DNA of 29,121 bases from a virus (taxonomy: Duplodnaviria; Heunggongvirae; Uroviricota; Caudoviricetes), in IMG/VR virus record IMGVR_UViG_3300032030_000021, positions 1 through 29,121 of that record; one strand, given 5' to 3'. A program made the translations under genes and the position numbers. Below the pieces are notes generated by a model, which worked only from the letters and a program-made list of their open reading frames with translations, did not search any database and was not told where the DNA came from. Every line of letters starts with the position of its first letter. The first letter of the stretch is position 1. Positions 1-8,833 of the stretch are shown piece after piece.

Positions 1-276
1 GCTCAAGGCCAGAAAGGCGGAAATGGCATCACGGGACCTGTAGGATATACCGGAACTACTCCTTCCGGCGGCGATCAAGGATATCAGGGTACTCAAGGTA
101 CTCGTGGATCTCAAGGTTACAGTACTACCGGTACTAGAGGCACACAAGGCGCACAAGGTGTACAAGGCAATAGAGGTACTAATGTACAAGGCGCTCAAGG
201 CCAGAAAGGCGGAAATGGTGGTAATGGAGATATCGGATATACTGGGACTACAGGAACGGGAGGAGATCAAGGATAT
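1..276 (+). repeat. 192-bp (64-codon) higher-order repeat inside the collagen region
   Basis: gctcaaggccagaaaggcggaaatgg at 1-26 and 193-218; gatcaaggatat at 73-84 and 265-276; both offsets are 192 bp. Confidence 0.85.
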
Positions 277-1386
277 GCGGGTACTAAAGGTACTAAAGGT
301 ACTCAAGGTACAATAGGTACGGCTGGTACTAGAGGTACGCAGGGTGCGCAGGGTGCGCAAGGTAATTGGGGTATCTGGGGTAACTGGGGCACCTATGGAA
401 ATCCCGGTGTGATGATTGTTGGTGAACAAGGGGGATCCGGAACTGTTGGCATTCAAGGCCCAACCGGCACATCATTCTATGTAAACTTTTATGCTGAGGG
501 TGGTGGCGGGAGTGCTATTAACTGGAACACCATGAATTTAAGCATGACCAGGAAGTTTAATTCGACAGGCAATGATCACCCGGGACATACTGACATAATA
601 CTTACCTCCGCATGTATCAGTAACAATCAAATATCACAGGGTATTTTGTATATCTTTATTGATCCTTATTATGTAGCAACCGTAACACAAGAGTCTTGGA
701 GGCAACCAAAATATACTACTATTGTAATAGACTCCGTCGAACTAATTACAGGCATAAAATTAAATATAGCAAACTATAATCACTATGAGAATTATATCAG
801 AGTAACAAATGTTTCGGGCACGGATATACCAATTAGTATAGGGTGGTATGGTGGTCTTATGGTGGATATAAAAGAAACCAATGACGATACAACTGCGGAA
901 ATTATGGGATATACATTCTATGATGGAACGAAAACAACACAAGCGGCGTGTGAAGTGTTTGTTCAAGATGAATTATGGAGTGGATATATGTTGCCGAACA
1001 CGAAAACTGTAGAAATAAGCTATGTTTCTCCTCAGGTTATTACTGATACGAGTTATTTTAATGAGGGCAATTGTTGCAGATCCGAAGGAGTTATTACAAT
1101 ATCCGGAGAAATGTCATATATTGGATATTGTGATTATATGACGGAAGGCTCTTGGGTAGAAGTAATTCCCGCTATTCAACCAGAAGGCGAGGAGCTTCCA
1201 AGCAGCTTCACGAACGAACCGGTTATTAAAACCGGCAATAACGGAAATCCTGTATATTTCTATACTCCACAAGCATATAATCGAGAACTGGAATCCGGTT
1301 TATATCCTCACGATTGGACACCGGGTATTGTAGGAAGTCCAATTACATGGCCGGTAAGATCCAGAACTACCCCATATTATCAATAA
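1..1386 (+). CDS. Collagen-like (Gly-X-Y) fibre protein with C-terminal globular domain; 5' end lies outside the window
   Basis: Frame +1 is open from base 1 into the listed 409 ATG. Bases 1-470 translate as AQGQKGGNGITGPVGYTG...GTQGAQGAQGNWGIWGNWG...GEQGGSGTVGIQGPTG, followed by a ~300-aa non-repetitive domain. Ends TAA before a terminator. Confidence 0.85.
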   Translation, partial: AQGQKGGNGITGPVGYTGTTPSGGDQGYQGTQGTRGSQGYSTTGTRGTQGAQGVQGNRGTNVQGAQGQKGGNGGNGDIGYTGTTGTGGDQGYAGTKGTKGTQGTIGTAGTRGTQGAQGAQGNWGIWGNWGTYGNPGVMIVGEQGGSGTVGIQGPTGTSFYVNFYAEGGGGSAINWNTMNLSMTRKFNSTGNDHPGHTDIILTSACISNNQISQGILYIFIDPYYVATVTQESWRQPKYTTIVIDSVELITGIKLNIANYNHYENYIRVTNVSGTDIPISIGWYGGLMVDIKETNDDTTAEIMGYTFYDGTKTTQAACEVFVQDELWSGYMLPNTKTVEISYVSPQVITDTSYFNEGNCCRSEGVITISGEMSYIGYCDYMTEGSWVEVIPAIQPEGEELPSSFTNEPVIKTGNNGNPVYFYTPQAYNRELESGLYPHDWTPGIVGSPITWPVRSRTTPYYQ

Positions 1387-1396
1387 ATGAATATAC

Positions 1397-1419
1397 AGAT
1401 CCCTTCGGGGGTCTTTTTT
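1397..1419 (+). terminator. Rho-independent terminator
   Basis: agatccc-ttcg-ggggtct stem (cUUCGg loop, one G-U pair) followed by a T run, just after the fibre gene stop. Confidence 0.85.
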
Positions 1420-1447
1420 ATTATTATATAAATTAAACAATTCTAAT

Positions 1448-1870
1448 ATGATTTCATTAAGAAACTTTATATCCGATACAGTGGATTCGGTAAGACCAGA
1501 TTCACTTTCTAGATTATATAACAATCTCTGGGGGGCGTATTCTAATACTATTATGAGAAGACTTCCGGATGAATCGTATGAAATTACCGGACACGCTATT
1601 AAATATACCGGATATTTTGTTAATTTACTCACATGTAGAACTGTACCACAATCACCGCTTATCAATCTCGATAAAAGTTGGAATGAAATCTTGATCCGGA
1701 ATAACATGTGTGCTTGGTTTGACAAAGACGCATCCGGTTTTCCGATTATTCGCATAAAAATGTGTTGCGAGGAATGCAAACCCGGATTAGAGATTCCGGA
1801 GGGCGTAGACGCAATGGATGTTTGTGACACATTAACATGTATAGAACCATATAAAACACCAGAAGATTAA
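1448..1870 (+). CDS. Hypothetical protein (140 aa, Cys-containing C-terminus)
   Basis: ATG with A-rich leader; TTATTATT at 1418-1425; next gene starts 5 nt after the stop. Confidence 0.75.
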   Translation: MISLRNFISDTVDSVRPDSLSRLYNNLWGAYSNTIMRRLPDESYEITGHAIKYTGYFVNLLTCRTVPQSPLINLDKSWNEILIRNNMCAWFDKDASGFPIIRIKMCCEECKPGLEIPEGVDAMDVCDTLTCIEPYKTPED

Positions 1871-1875
1871 TATTA

Positions 1876-3555
1876 ATGAGCCAAACCACCACATATCAGG
1901 CACAAGTACCGATAACTCCATCGGCATCCCGGCAATCTACAATAGTTCCCACACCAGGATGTTCTATTAAGAGGCTGCTGACGATCACCGTACCTATACG
2001 TTTTAGAGAAGTGCATGTGTGGGATGAAGCCACTGATATTACTAAATCGTGTTTATACTCTTGGAGTACGGATTCTATATGCTGGACTAATTTTGTAGCA
2101 TATGATGAATATCTACGAATAGCTCCTAATATAGAAACAGATTTTTATCTAAGAATTATACTTTTTGCCGGATTTACTCAACTATCGTTAGATTCCGAGA
2201 TCATAGATTGTTATAATATATGTCTTTGGCAAGAAAATCCATATATTGAGAGTCTTTGCGAACAAGCAACCGCTATAGATTTATACGGGAATCTAGATTG
2301 TGCATTATATATGCAGCAGCAATTATCCGATTATATTGCATGTATGATAGGAATACCTTGCTATTATTTTCGGGTTTTGCCGGATCAAGATACATCCGAT
2401 CTTACTTTTAAAGAATATGTGCTGCATAATGTCGAGGATGTCAAATATATAAAATTAGTAACACAAGACGGAGAGATGCCATCTTCTCGTCCGATGATGA
2501 CGGATTTTGATTTTGACTGGGATACGGATTGGGAAGTGGAAGTAGGAAAATCTATGTTTGCACAAGCATTTGGAGACACCGCTTTTCCCAAACAGAGAGA
2601 TTTTATATATATTCCAATGATGAAGCGCATGTGGGAAGTTAATTCCGCCTACGACGAAAAACGGGAAGGGTTTATGTGGAGACCCACTACTTGGAAGCTA
2701 GGGTTGGTTAAGTTTAATGAAAAAACCAATGTGAATCAAAACGATTTTTCGGAAATCATAGATGGATGGTTGGTCAATAAATACGAGGATTTTCACGAAA
2801 ATGAATTAATAGAACAAGAACGGGAATCCGGTACAACCCAAACAGAAACTCCAAAATATGCGGCTACCAATTTATATAACATATTCATATCCGACAGCAT
2901 TCGGAAATCTATAACGGAATCCGAAAAATCTAATATTATACAAAGACAATATAATCAAAAGGCCAATGTAGTAGCCAGAAACGCCTATGATTTCAAGGAG
3001 GAAGACTCCATTATGACATATCAGAAGGGATGGTGTGGTGATTCCGGCATGTTATCTTTTATTATAGAAACGGAAAGAGCTTCCGATAAAGATATTATAA
3101 TACTTGGTCCGGGATTGAATATATCTACATCTATAATAGATGAGAATAATTATTCCGTAAACTTTTTGGGGTGCTCCGTGATATTGGAATTAAGAAGAGC
3201 ATATCAGATTGTAATCAGATGGAGCAGAAATACGTTTTCGGTAGAAATGTCGGCTTGTGAATATAAATGCAGATATAATGCACCTATTCCAAGACCGGAA
3301 ATGTTCATATTTGACTACCTGAACCCTATAAATTCATTATCTCCATATAATAATGACCTATCTGTTTCCGAAATGATCTCCATGATCATATCTCCGGCTC
3401 CTTATCTGATAACTAATATCAAACTATATAACCAATATTTTTCTTGGGAGGATGCCGTGAAAGAAATATGCAAATATACCACTAATCATAAATCATGTAT
3501 TATTAATGATCTTGCTCGTCCAATAGAGGGGGAATGGGGATTCGCTACAAGATAA
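1876..3555 (+). CDS. Putative neck/head-completion protein (T4 gp14-like central domain) with N- and C-terminal extensions
   Basis: 559-aa ORF. The central segment IGIPCYYFRV...FKEY...FGDTAFPKQRDFIYIPMMKRMWEVNS...WKLGLVKF resembles the gp14 pattern as I recall it; not verified by HMM. Confidence 0.5.
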   Translation: MSQTTTYQAQVPITPSASRQSTIVPTPGCSIKRLLTITVPIRFREVHVWDEATDITKSCLYSWSTDSICWTNFVAYDEYLRIAPNIETDFYLRIILFAGFTQLSLDSEIIDCYNICLWQENPYIESLCEQATAIDLYGNLDCALYMQQQLSDYIACMIGIPCYYFRVLPDQDTSDLTFKEYVLHNVEDVKYIKLVTQDGEMPSSRPMMTDFDFDWDTDWEVEVGKSMFAQAFGDTAFPKQRDFIYIPMMKRMWEVNSAYDEKREGFMWRPTTWKLGLVKFNEKTNVNQNDFSEIIDGWLVNKYEDFHENELIEQERESGTTQTETPKYAATNLYNIFISDSIRKSITESEKSNIIQRQYNQKANVVARNAYDFKEEDSIMTYQKGWCGDSGMLSFIIETERASDKDIIILGPGLNISTSIIDENNYSVNFLGCSVILELRRAYQIVIRWSRNTFSVEMSACEYKCRYNAPIPRPEMFIFDYLNPINSLSPYNNDLSVSEMISMIISPAPYLITNIKLYNQYFSWEDAVKEICKYTTNHKSCIINDLARPIEGEWGFATR

Positions 3556-3738
3556 TATTGGAAATATGAAGCCGCATATGAAGTATCCCCCGATACTGAA
3601 AGTCGAGGCGTGCCCGGATATGGGAGTTTTTCGGGTTATGATGGTCTGAAATTTTATATTCGTGAAGTTGAAGAACTGATAAAAAAAAATATTTTTCATA
3701 ATCGCATAACGCGCCAAATTCAAGCGATCTCTTCATAA
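3556..3738 (+). pseudogene. Start-less coding-like fragment in frame with, and directly after, the neck gene stop
   Basis: 60 sense codons (YWKYEAAYEVSPDTESRGVPGYGSFSGYDGLKFYIREVEELIKKN...) from 3556 to TAA at 3736-3738; no ATG in this frame. Confidence 0.35.
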
Positions 3739-3844
3739 GATATATAAATGTATATTTTTGGAGAGATCTTTTGTTATACGGCAGATAAATGCGCATAAAT
3801 AATATATTTTTGAATATTATTTTAAGAGAACTAAAAAATATTTT

Positions 3845-4252
3845 ATGAAAACTCTACAAGAATCTATAATAGGAAGGCGGTCAAGTGATCGTACAATTAA
3901 TATAAATGATATAAAAACCGGAGATATTATAAAATTCCGAAGTGGTTTGTTGGCTATGGCTTACATCAATGAAGATAATTATTATTCCGGATTTTATTAT
4001 AATTTTACTAGTCCTAAGATGAAAAATACCACTAATTTAATAATGAGTAGTATGTTTTCAAAAGATTTAAAACATAAAATAGTTGACTATCTCGATATTA
4101 TAGATGTATACAGAGACCCTAATAATATTATAGGTAGCGACAAAAATTTTAAAGGATTTAAGGTCGGGCGGGATTATTCGGCTTTAGAAAAATCTAACCT
4201 TCAAAGACTGATAGATAATGGAGATTATGTAATAATATATGAAGAAAAATGA
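3845..4252 (+). CDS. ESIIGRK-leader family protein 1 (shared LxTGDIV...DIIDVY body)
   Basis: Starts MKTLQESIIGRRSS; body has IKTGDIIKFRSG...FSKDL...LDIIDVYRDP; GAATCTATAAT at 3860-3870. Confidence 0.85.
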   Translation: MKTLQESIIGRRSSDRTININDIKTGDIIKFRSGLLAMAYINEDNYYSGFYYNFTSPKMKNTTNLIMSSMFSKDLKHKIVDYLDIIDVYRDPNNIIGSDKNFKGFKVGRDYSALEKSNLQRLIDNGDYVIIYEEK

Positions 4253-4659
4253 AGACATTACAAGAATCTATAATAGGACGAAAAGGTGTCTCTTCCGGTA
4301 AAACAGGATTGTGGCAAATAGGTATGTTAGTTCCGGTATCTTCCAATAAAAAAGGCAAGATATATGACATATTGACACATATAACCGAGCAAAATAATCG
4401 TAGAGCTCGTAGAGCTAATTATGACAGCTATATAGATCAGTTATCCGATCTTTTGAAAATAAAATCCAATATTGCCGGTTTTAGAAACAAAGCGGAGGCT
4501 ATAGAAGTAGCTCAAAAATATGCAAAACAGATAAATCCGTCAGAATACAGATTTATAGGGATTACCAGAAGTTACGATGATGAACCGGGGTCTTTAGATT
4601 GGGATTATATATTAGGAATAGACAACAATCGTAAATTATTCATAATGCATAAAAATTAA
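4249..4659 (+). CDS. ESIIGRK-leader family protein 2 (unrelated body)
   Basis: Starts MKTLQESIIGRKG; ATGA overlap with the previous gene; GAATCTATAAT at 4264-4274. Confidence 0.85.
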   Translation: MKTLQESIIGRKGVSSGKTGLWQIGMLVPVSSNKKGKIYDILTHITEQNNRRARRANYDSYIDQLSDLLKIKSNIAGFRNKAEAIEVAQKYAKQINPSEYRFIGITRSYDDEPGSLDWDYILGIDNNRKLFIMHKN

Positions 4660-4669
4660 AAAAGAACAT

Positions 4670-4906
4670 ATGAAATCACTCAAAGAAAAAATCCAAGAAG
4701 AGATGGCTACCCCGGCTAATACTATGGGCGTTGGAAATCCGGTTCTCCCCGGTATGAATGGGGAAATAGGTTCCGGCGATACTTTTGTGGGTACGGGCAA
4801 GCCCAATGAGTCTAAAACTATTCCTATAAAGAAAATCAAACAGAAAAAAGGAAAAGGATATAAAAAATCCAAGAAATATCTTGAATGTCCCAAAGAAGAA
4901 GAATAA
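4670..4906 (+). CDS. Small protein with Gly/Pro-rich middle and Lys-rich tail; possible internal virion/DNA-binding protein
   Basis: MKSLKEKIQEE-MATPANTMGVGNP...KKIKQKKGKGYKKSKK; leader resembles the family leader. Confidence 0.7.
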   Translation: MKSLKEKIQEEMATPANTMGVGNPVLPGMNGEIGSGDTFVGTGKPNESKTIPIKKIKQKKGKGYKKSKKYLECPKEEE

Positions 4907-4963
4907 CCTATAAGAATTTATAAAATGAATTGATTATTTACAAAAAGAAAATATATAATACAT

Positions 4964-6613
4964 ATGAAAAGTCTATTTGAACATTTACAAGATTTTATGG
5001 AGGGTTGGCATACATCCTGGACCGAACCCGAATTCATGGGAGCTAAAACATCGACGGGTGTATATAACGATAAAGGTGAATATGCTACCTTTGTATTTAA
5101 TCCAAAAACTAAAAAATATGAGGCCACAGATCCAGATTCCGGTGATGTCTTATCTATGGATGATGTTATGCAATATTCATACGATACGGGATATGCTCCT
5201 ATGATTTGTCCTCCTAGCGTTGCAAATAACGATCCAAACAACAAATATAACCAATTGAATTTATCTCTCATGAATGTTGGGGGTAAAATCGAATCTTCCG
5301 AGAATGTAGATAAACTAAACGGTAAAAGCGCCGGTAGTTGGGCAGTGAATCCTCATATGACGGACGATGAACTTAAAGAATGGAAAAAGACGTCCCCGGA
5401 AGCATATAATGAAAATAGAGCCAATGTTCAGATGTATTGGAATTCGGTAGCTAGTCCGTCATCAAGAGAACACGGTGTGGCTGTAGTAGGTAAGGCCGGA
5501 TGGGGTAAATCCGAAATTATGACGTCGGTAGCCAGAGCGTCCGGATATGATGTCATCATTGTAAATTTGTCTATGGCAGCGTCTGAAGATGTATTGGGTA
5601 TTCCGGTTCCCGATAGAATGGCTTCCGGACAATTAAAAACCGAATATGCAGCTCCGGGTTGGTTGGCGTATGTAGCACAGCATCCTGATGATAAAATTTG
5701 CATTTTCTTTGACGAATTCAATCAAGCCAGCATGGATGTATTGGGCACTATTCAGAACTTCTTACTTACCAGAACCGTTAATGGGGTGGAATATAAGAAT
5801 ATTAAGTTTATGGCTGCCGGTAATGAAAAATCCGAGAACAGATCTTTAGTGAGAATGGAAGATCTGAACGCTATTCACCAAAGATTCAAAGTATGGCATT
5901 GGCTAACCGACTGGAATTACTATTTCGATTGGCATAGAAAAGAATTTGAAAAGAAACTTGGCAAGCCCCTTATGGATGAATTTGATGCCAATAAAGAATC
6001 TTTTGCTTCTCCTAGAAACTTAACTATACATATTTTCGGATGGATAGAAGAAGCTATTAATCATCTTAAAAAAGACCCTACTGATGTATCTATTTACACG
6101 GGAGACCGTATATTGACTATGTTCTATGACAATTCTATTGCAAAATGGAATGAGGATGAACATAAATTCGAGCAAATTTCAGATTCACAAGCCAAAAATC
6201 TTGCCGATCTAGCCGACTATGTAGCTAAATATATATATGATGCGGCTATCGGTGGTTCTACCAACACCGGATCCGGTCACACCTTCGGTTCCAAAAATCG
6301 TACTACTATGGAAAAATCGGATGTTCAAAGATTGAGAGATATGATGCAGGATGGATTTGTATTGGCGGAAGACGGTAATACATATGGTATATGTAAAGAA
6401 AACATCATGTATGTATTTGACGAATCTATATATCCGGCGGAAGTAGTAGAAAGAACTGTCGAAACACTGGAAAAAGTGGAAGGCATTAAATGGAAATATA
6501 CAACCAAAAAACAATGTAAGGCCGGATGCAAAAAAGAAGGAATTGCCGATAATATAGAAGTAGACTTGGATAAGTTTGTTGCCGATGATAAAGGTAATGT
6601 TACCGAAAAATAA
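4964..6613 (+). CDS. MoxR-type AAA+ ATPase
   Basis: Walker A GKAGWGKS, Walker B IFFDEFNQ, sensor-1 FMAAGN, Arg finger AIHQRF; adjacent to a vWA gene. Confidence 0.85.
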   Translation: MKSLFEHLQDFMEGWHTSWTEPEFMGAKTSTGVYNDKGEYATFVFNPKTKKYEATDPDSGDVLSMDDVMQYSYDTGYAPMICPPSVANNDPNNKYNQLNLSLMNVGGKIESSENVDKLNGKSAGSWAVNPHMTDDELKEWKKTSPEAYNENRANVQMYWNSVASPSSREHGVAVVGKAGWGKSEIMTSVARASGYDVIIVNLSMAASEDVLGIPVPDRMASGQLKTEYAAPGWLAYVAQHPDDKICIFFDEFNQASMDVLGTIQNFLLTRTVNGVEYKNIKFMAAGNEKSENRSLVRMEDLNAIHQRFKVWHWLTDWNYYFDWHRKEFEKKLGKPLMDEFDANKESFASPRNLTIHIFGWIEEAINHLKKDPTDVSIYTGDRILTMFYDNSIAKWNEDEHKFEQISDSQAKNLADLADYVAKYIYDAAIGGSTNTGSGHTFGSKNRTTMEKSDVQRLRDMMQDGFVLAEDGNTYGICKENIMYVFDESIYPAEVVERTVETLEKVEGIKWKYTTKKQCKAGCKKEGIADNIEVDLDKFVADDKGNVTEK

Positions 6614-6627
6614 ATTAAAATAAGCAT

Positions 6628-8730
6628 ATGGCATACGTTTCTATTGATAGAGACAGTCTGGCATTCACTAAGAATAGTATAAATAACGTAGATCCCGGTA
6701 ATCAAAAATTCTGCCGGGATCTCGTTGAGTTTATAGATATGTCTTGCATAACTTCGGATGATGACTTTTTCTATGATATGATGAAATTCATTCGATTTAT
6801 GAAGATGGACGGAATTGCCTGTACTGATACAAATGGTCTCATCATGATGAATCCTCCGCAGATGTTCAAATCTTTGCCGGAATGGGATTTTATTTATGAT
6901 CATGAATGCTTACATCAATTATGGGATACTTTTGGGGTAGCCGATAAGATTCAAGCTTCGGGTCAGCAATATGATCATGAACTTTTGAATATAGCCTCGG
7001 ATTGTGTTATTAATGACTATCTTGACTTTTATCGCGGCAAATCTATTCCCGGCGGTGCTAATGGAGGCCTAGTAACGCCGGAAAGTGTGAAAAATGACTT
7101 TGGTGTGGTATATGATAGATCCGTGGATACGCAGTATTCATTATACATAAAGATTATAAAGGCTTGTCAAGAAGATCCGAATCTAGCTAAAAAGATGAAG
7201 CAGAAATTCGGCAAGTTGCAGCCCAAGAAAGTAACTTACATGCCGCCCGGAAAAACCCCGCCCCCGCCTCCTCCTCAAAAGCATTCTCCGGATTTTATCA
7301 AGGGCTGGTGTGATGCTATCAATGATGTGTTTAAAGGAAAAGTAGATCCCCTTACTTATAGGCCAGCAGTTAACTTTATGAGTTTTGCCGCTAAATCTTC
7401 TAAGTCCGCTGATTGGCAAGCCGGTTATGATGCTGCTATGGAGCAGATCCGGATAGGCATGGAACAAGGCATCCAAGTTAGTAGTGGTTCCGGTGGTAGT
7501 GGTGGTGGAGATCTTCCTCAGATCCCGTGGGATATTCCTCCACAAGATCAAGACCAAATAGACAATATGGATGGTGATGAAGCTTCTGATACAGCAGACC
7601 AGGCCGCTCAAGAAGCCGAGCAGGCCGCTCGTGAAGCAGAAGCCGCTAACGATGGCTCCGAAAGCAAGCAAAACAATGCTAAAAAGGCTAAGGAAGCTGC
7701 CGGAAAGGCCAAAGAATTCGCCAGAAAAGCTCAAGATGCAGCTCGTCAAGGAGATGAAAAAGGAGCTAAAGAGGCAGCCAAAGAAGCGGTTACGGAGGCT
7801 CGTAAGGCCAAAGCGGCGGCGGAAGCCAACAAGCAATCCGGAAACAGAGGAAAGAATCCCGGCGGTGGTCCGAGTCAACGTGGTGACTATGAAGGATATG
7901 CCGAATTATCTTCAGAAGAGCTTTCCGAATTGGAAAAAGAGATGATCAACAACGGTACTATCCGAAGTGATACCAAAAAGACTTTAGGAAAATATTTAAG
8001 CCAGAGTGGTGGATTCATCGGCAATTTCCTCAAGAAGTGCAGAGTATCCAAAGATATGAAAGAATCCGGATTAGCTACCGATACAGGTCAAAAGAAAACC
8101 AACTGGGGCAAAAAAGTATTCGGTGAGATGAGTGATTATATTGCGGACATCGTTCAAGACCGTAAAATGCAATATAAACGCACATATGCTCGATTCAAAC
8201 GCGGCGCTATGGTTCCGGAGCCCGGAGAATTTTTATCCAAAGGCAAGCAATCTATAGAGGATAAATTCCCGATATCTATAGCATTCTGGGTGGATTGCTC
8301 AGGAAGTATGGGTAATGGCAACGGATCTGCTCTATACAATGCTTCCAAGTGTATGTATGCTCTTGCAGGCGCTATTGAAGATGAATGGTCCGATGAAGCA
8401 CTGATTTCCGAATTCGCCTTTGAGTATTATGCTTGGGATACTAGTATATATCCATTAAGAAAAGGTCAGATGCCATACAGTGGTGGAAGCACCATGTCTT
8501 TGGATGAATTAGTCAAAGGCATGATGGATCGTAAGAACACCAGCATGATCAATATTGTAATTACAGATGGTGGTGGTGGCTTGGGTTCCGCATTCGATAG
8601 ATATATCAAAGGAACCGGAAGTCTGGTAATATTCGTAACCAATTCACAGACACCGGATGTGAAACGCAAAGCGGAGAGCAGTAATGAACTTTCTTATGTG
8701 GAGGCTCCTTCCGATTTCAGTCTTAGTTAA
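6628..8730 (+). CDS. HExxH metallopeptidase-like domain plus vWA domain protein (DUF2201-like MoxR partner)
   Basis: IACTD...FIYDHECLH in the N-terminal part; low-complexity Pro/Gly/Ala/Lys linker; C-terminal MIDAS motif WVDCSGSM and IVITDG. Confidence 0.8.
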   Translation: MAYVSIDRDSLAFTKNSINNVDPGNQKFCRDLVEFIDMSCITSDDDFFYDMMKFIRFMKMDGIACTDTNGLIMMNPPQMFKSLPEWDFIYDHECLHQLWDTFGVADKIQASGQQYDHELLNIASDCVINDYLDFYRGKSIPGGANGGLVTPESVKNDFGVVYDRSVDTQYSLYIKIIKACQEDPNLAKKMKQKFGKLQPKKVTYMPPGKTPPPPPPQKHSPDFIKGWCDAINDVFKGKVDPLTYRPAVNFMSFAAKSSKSADWQAGYDAAMEQIRIGMEQGIQVSSGSGGSGGGDLPQIPWDIPPQDQDQIDNMDGDEASDTADQAAQEAEQAAREAEAANDGSESKQNNAKKAKEAAGKAKEFARKAQDAARQGDEKGAKEAAKEAVTEARKAKAAAEANKQSGNRGKNPGGGPSQRGDYEGYAELSSEELSELEKEMINNGTIRSDTKKTLGKYLSQSGGFIGNFLKKCRVSKDMKESGLATDTGQKKTNWGKKVFGEMSDYIADIVQDRKMQYKRTYARFKRGAMVPEPGEFLSKGKQSIEDKFPISIAFWVDCSGSMGNGNGSALYNASKCMYALAGAIEDEWSDEALISEFAFEYYAWDTSIYPLRKGQMPYSGGSTMSLDELVKGMMDRKNTSMINIVITDGGGGLGSAFDRYIKGTGSLVIFVTNSQTPDVKRKAESSNELSYVEAPSDFSLS

Positions 8731-8753
8731 TAGAAATTTTTAATATGTTTTAC

Positions 8754-8781
8754 AAAAGACCTTCCCCGAAGGTCTTTTTTT
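8754..8781 (+). terminator. Rho-independent terminator
   Basis: aaaagaccttc-cc-cgaaggtctttt inverted repeat plus T run after the vWA gene. Confidence 0.85.
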
Positions 8782-8833
8782 ATGCCTTAATGTTATGATG
8801 CCGGAGTATATATAAGATTATAATTTATCAGAT

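Noticed and set aside
104-316. Listed 70-aa ORF with KV/LK repeats
   Set aside because: It is an off-frame shadow of the collagen Gly-X-Y repeat; frame +1 is open from base 1 into the 409 ORF.
409-1386. Diversity-generating retroelement target in the fibre C-terminus
   Set aside because: I saw no template repeat differing at adenines and no reverse transcriptase in this window; one elsewhere in the genome cannot be excluded.
7254-7274. C-rich run encoding PPPPPP as a phase-variable slippage tract
   Set aside because: The run is interrupted (accccgcccccgcctcctcct) and in frame; it is best explained as a poly-Pro linker.
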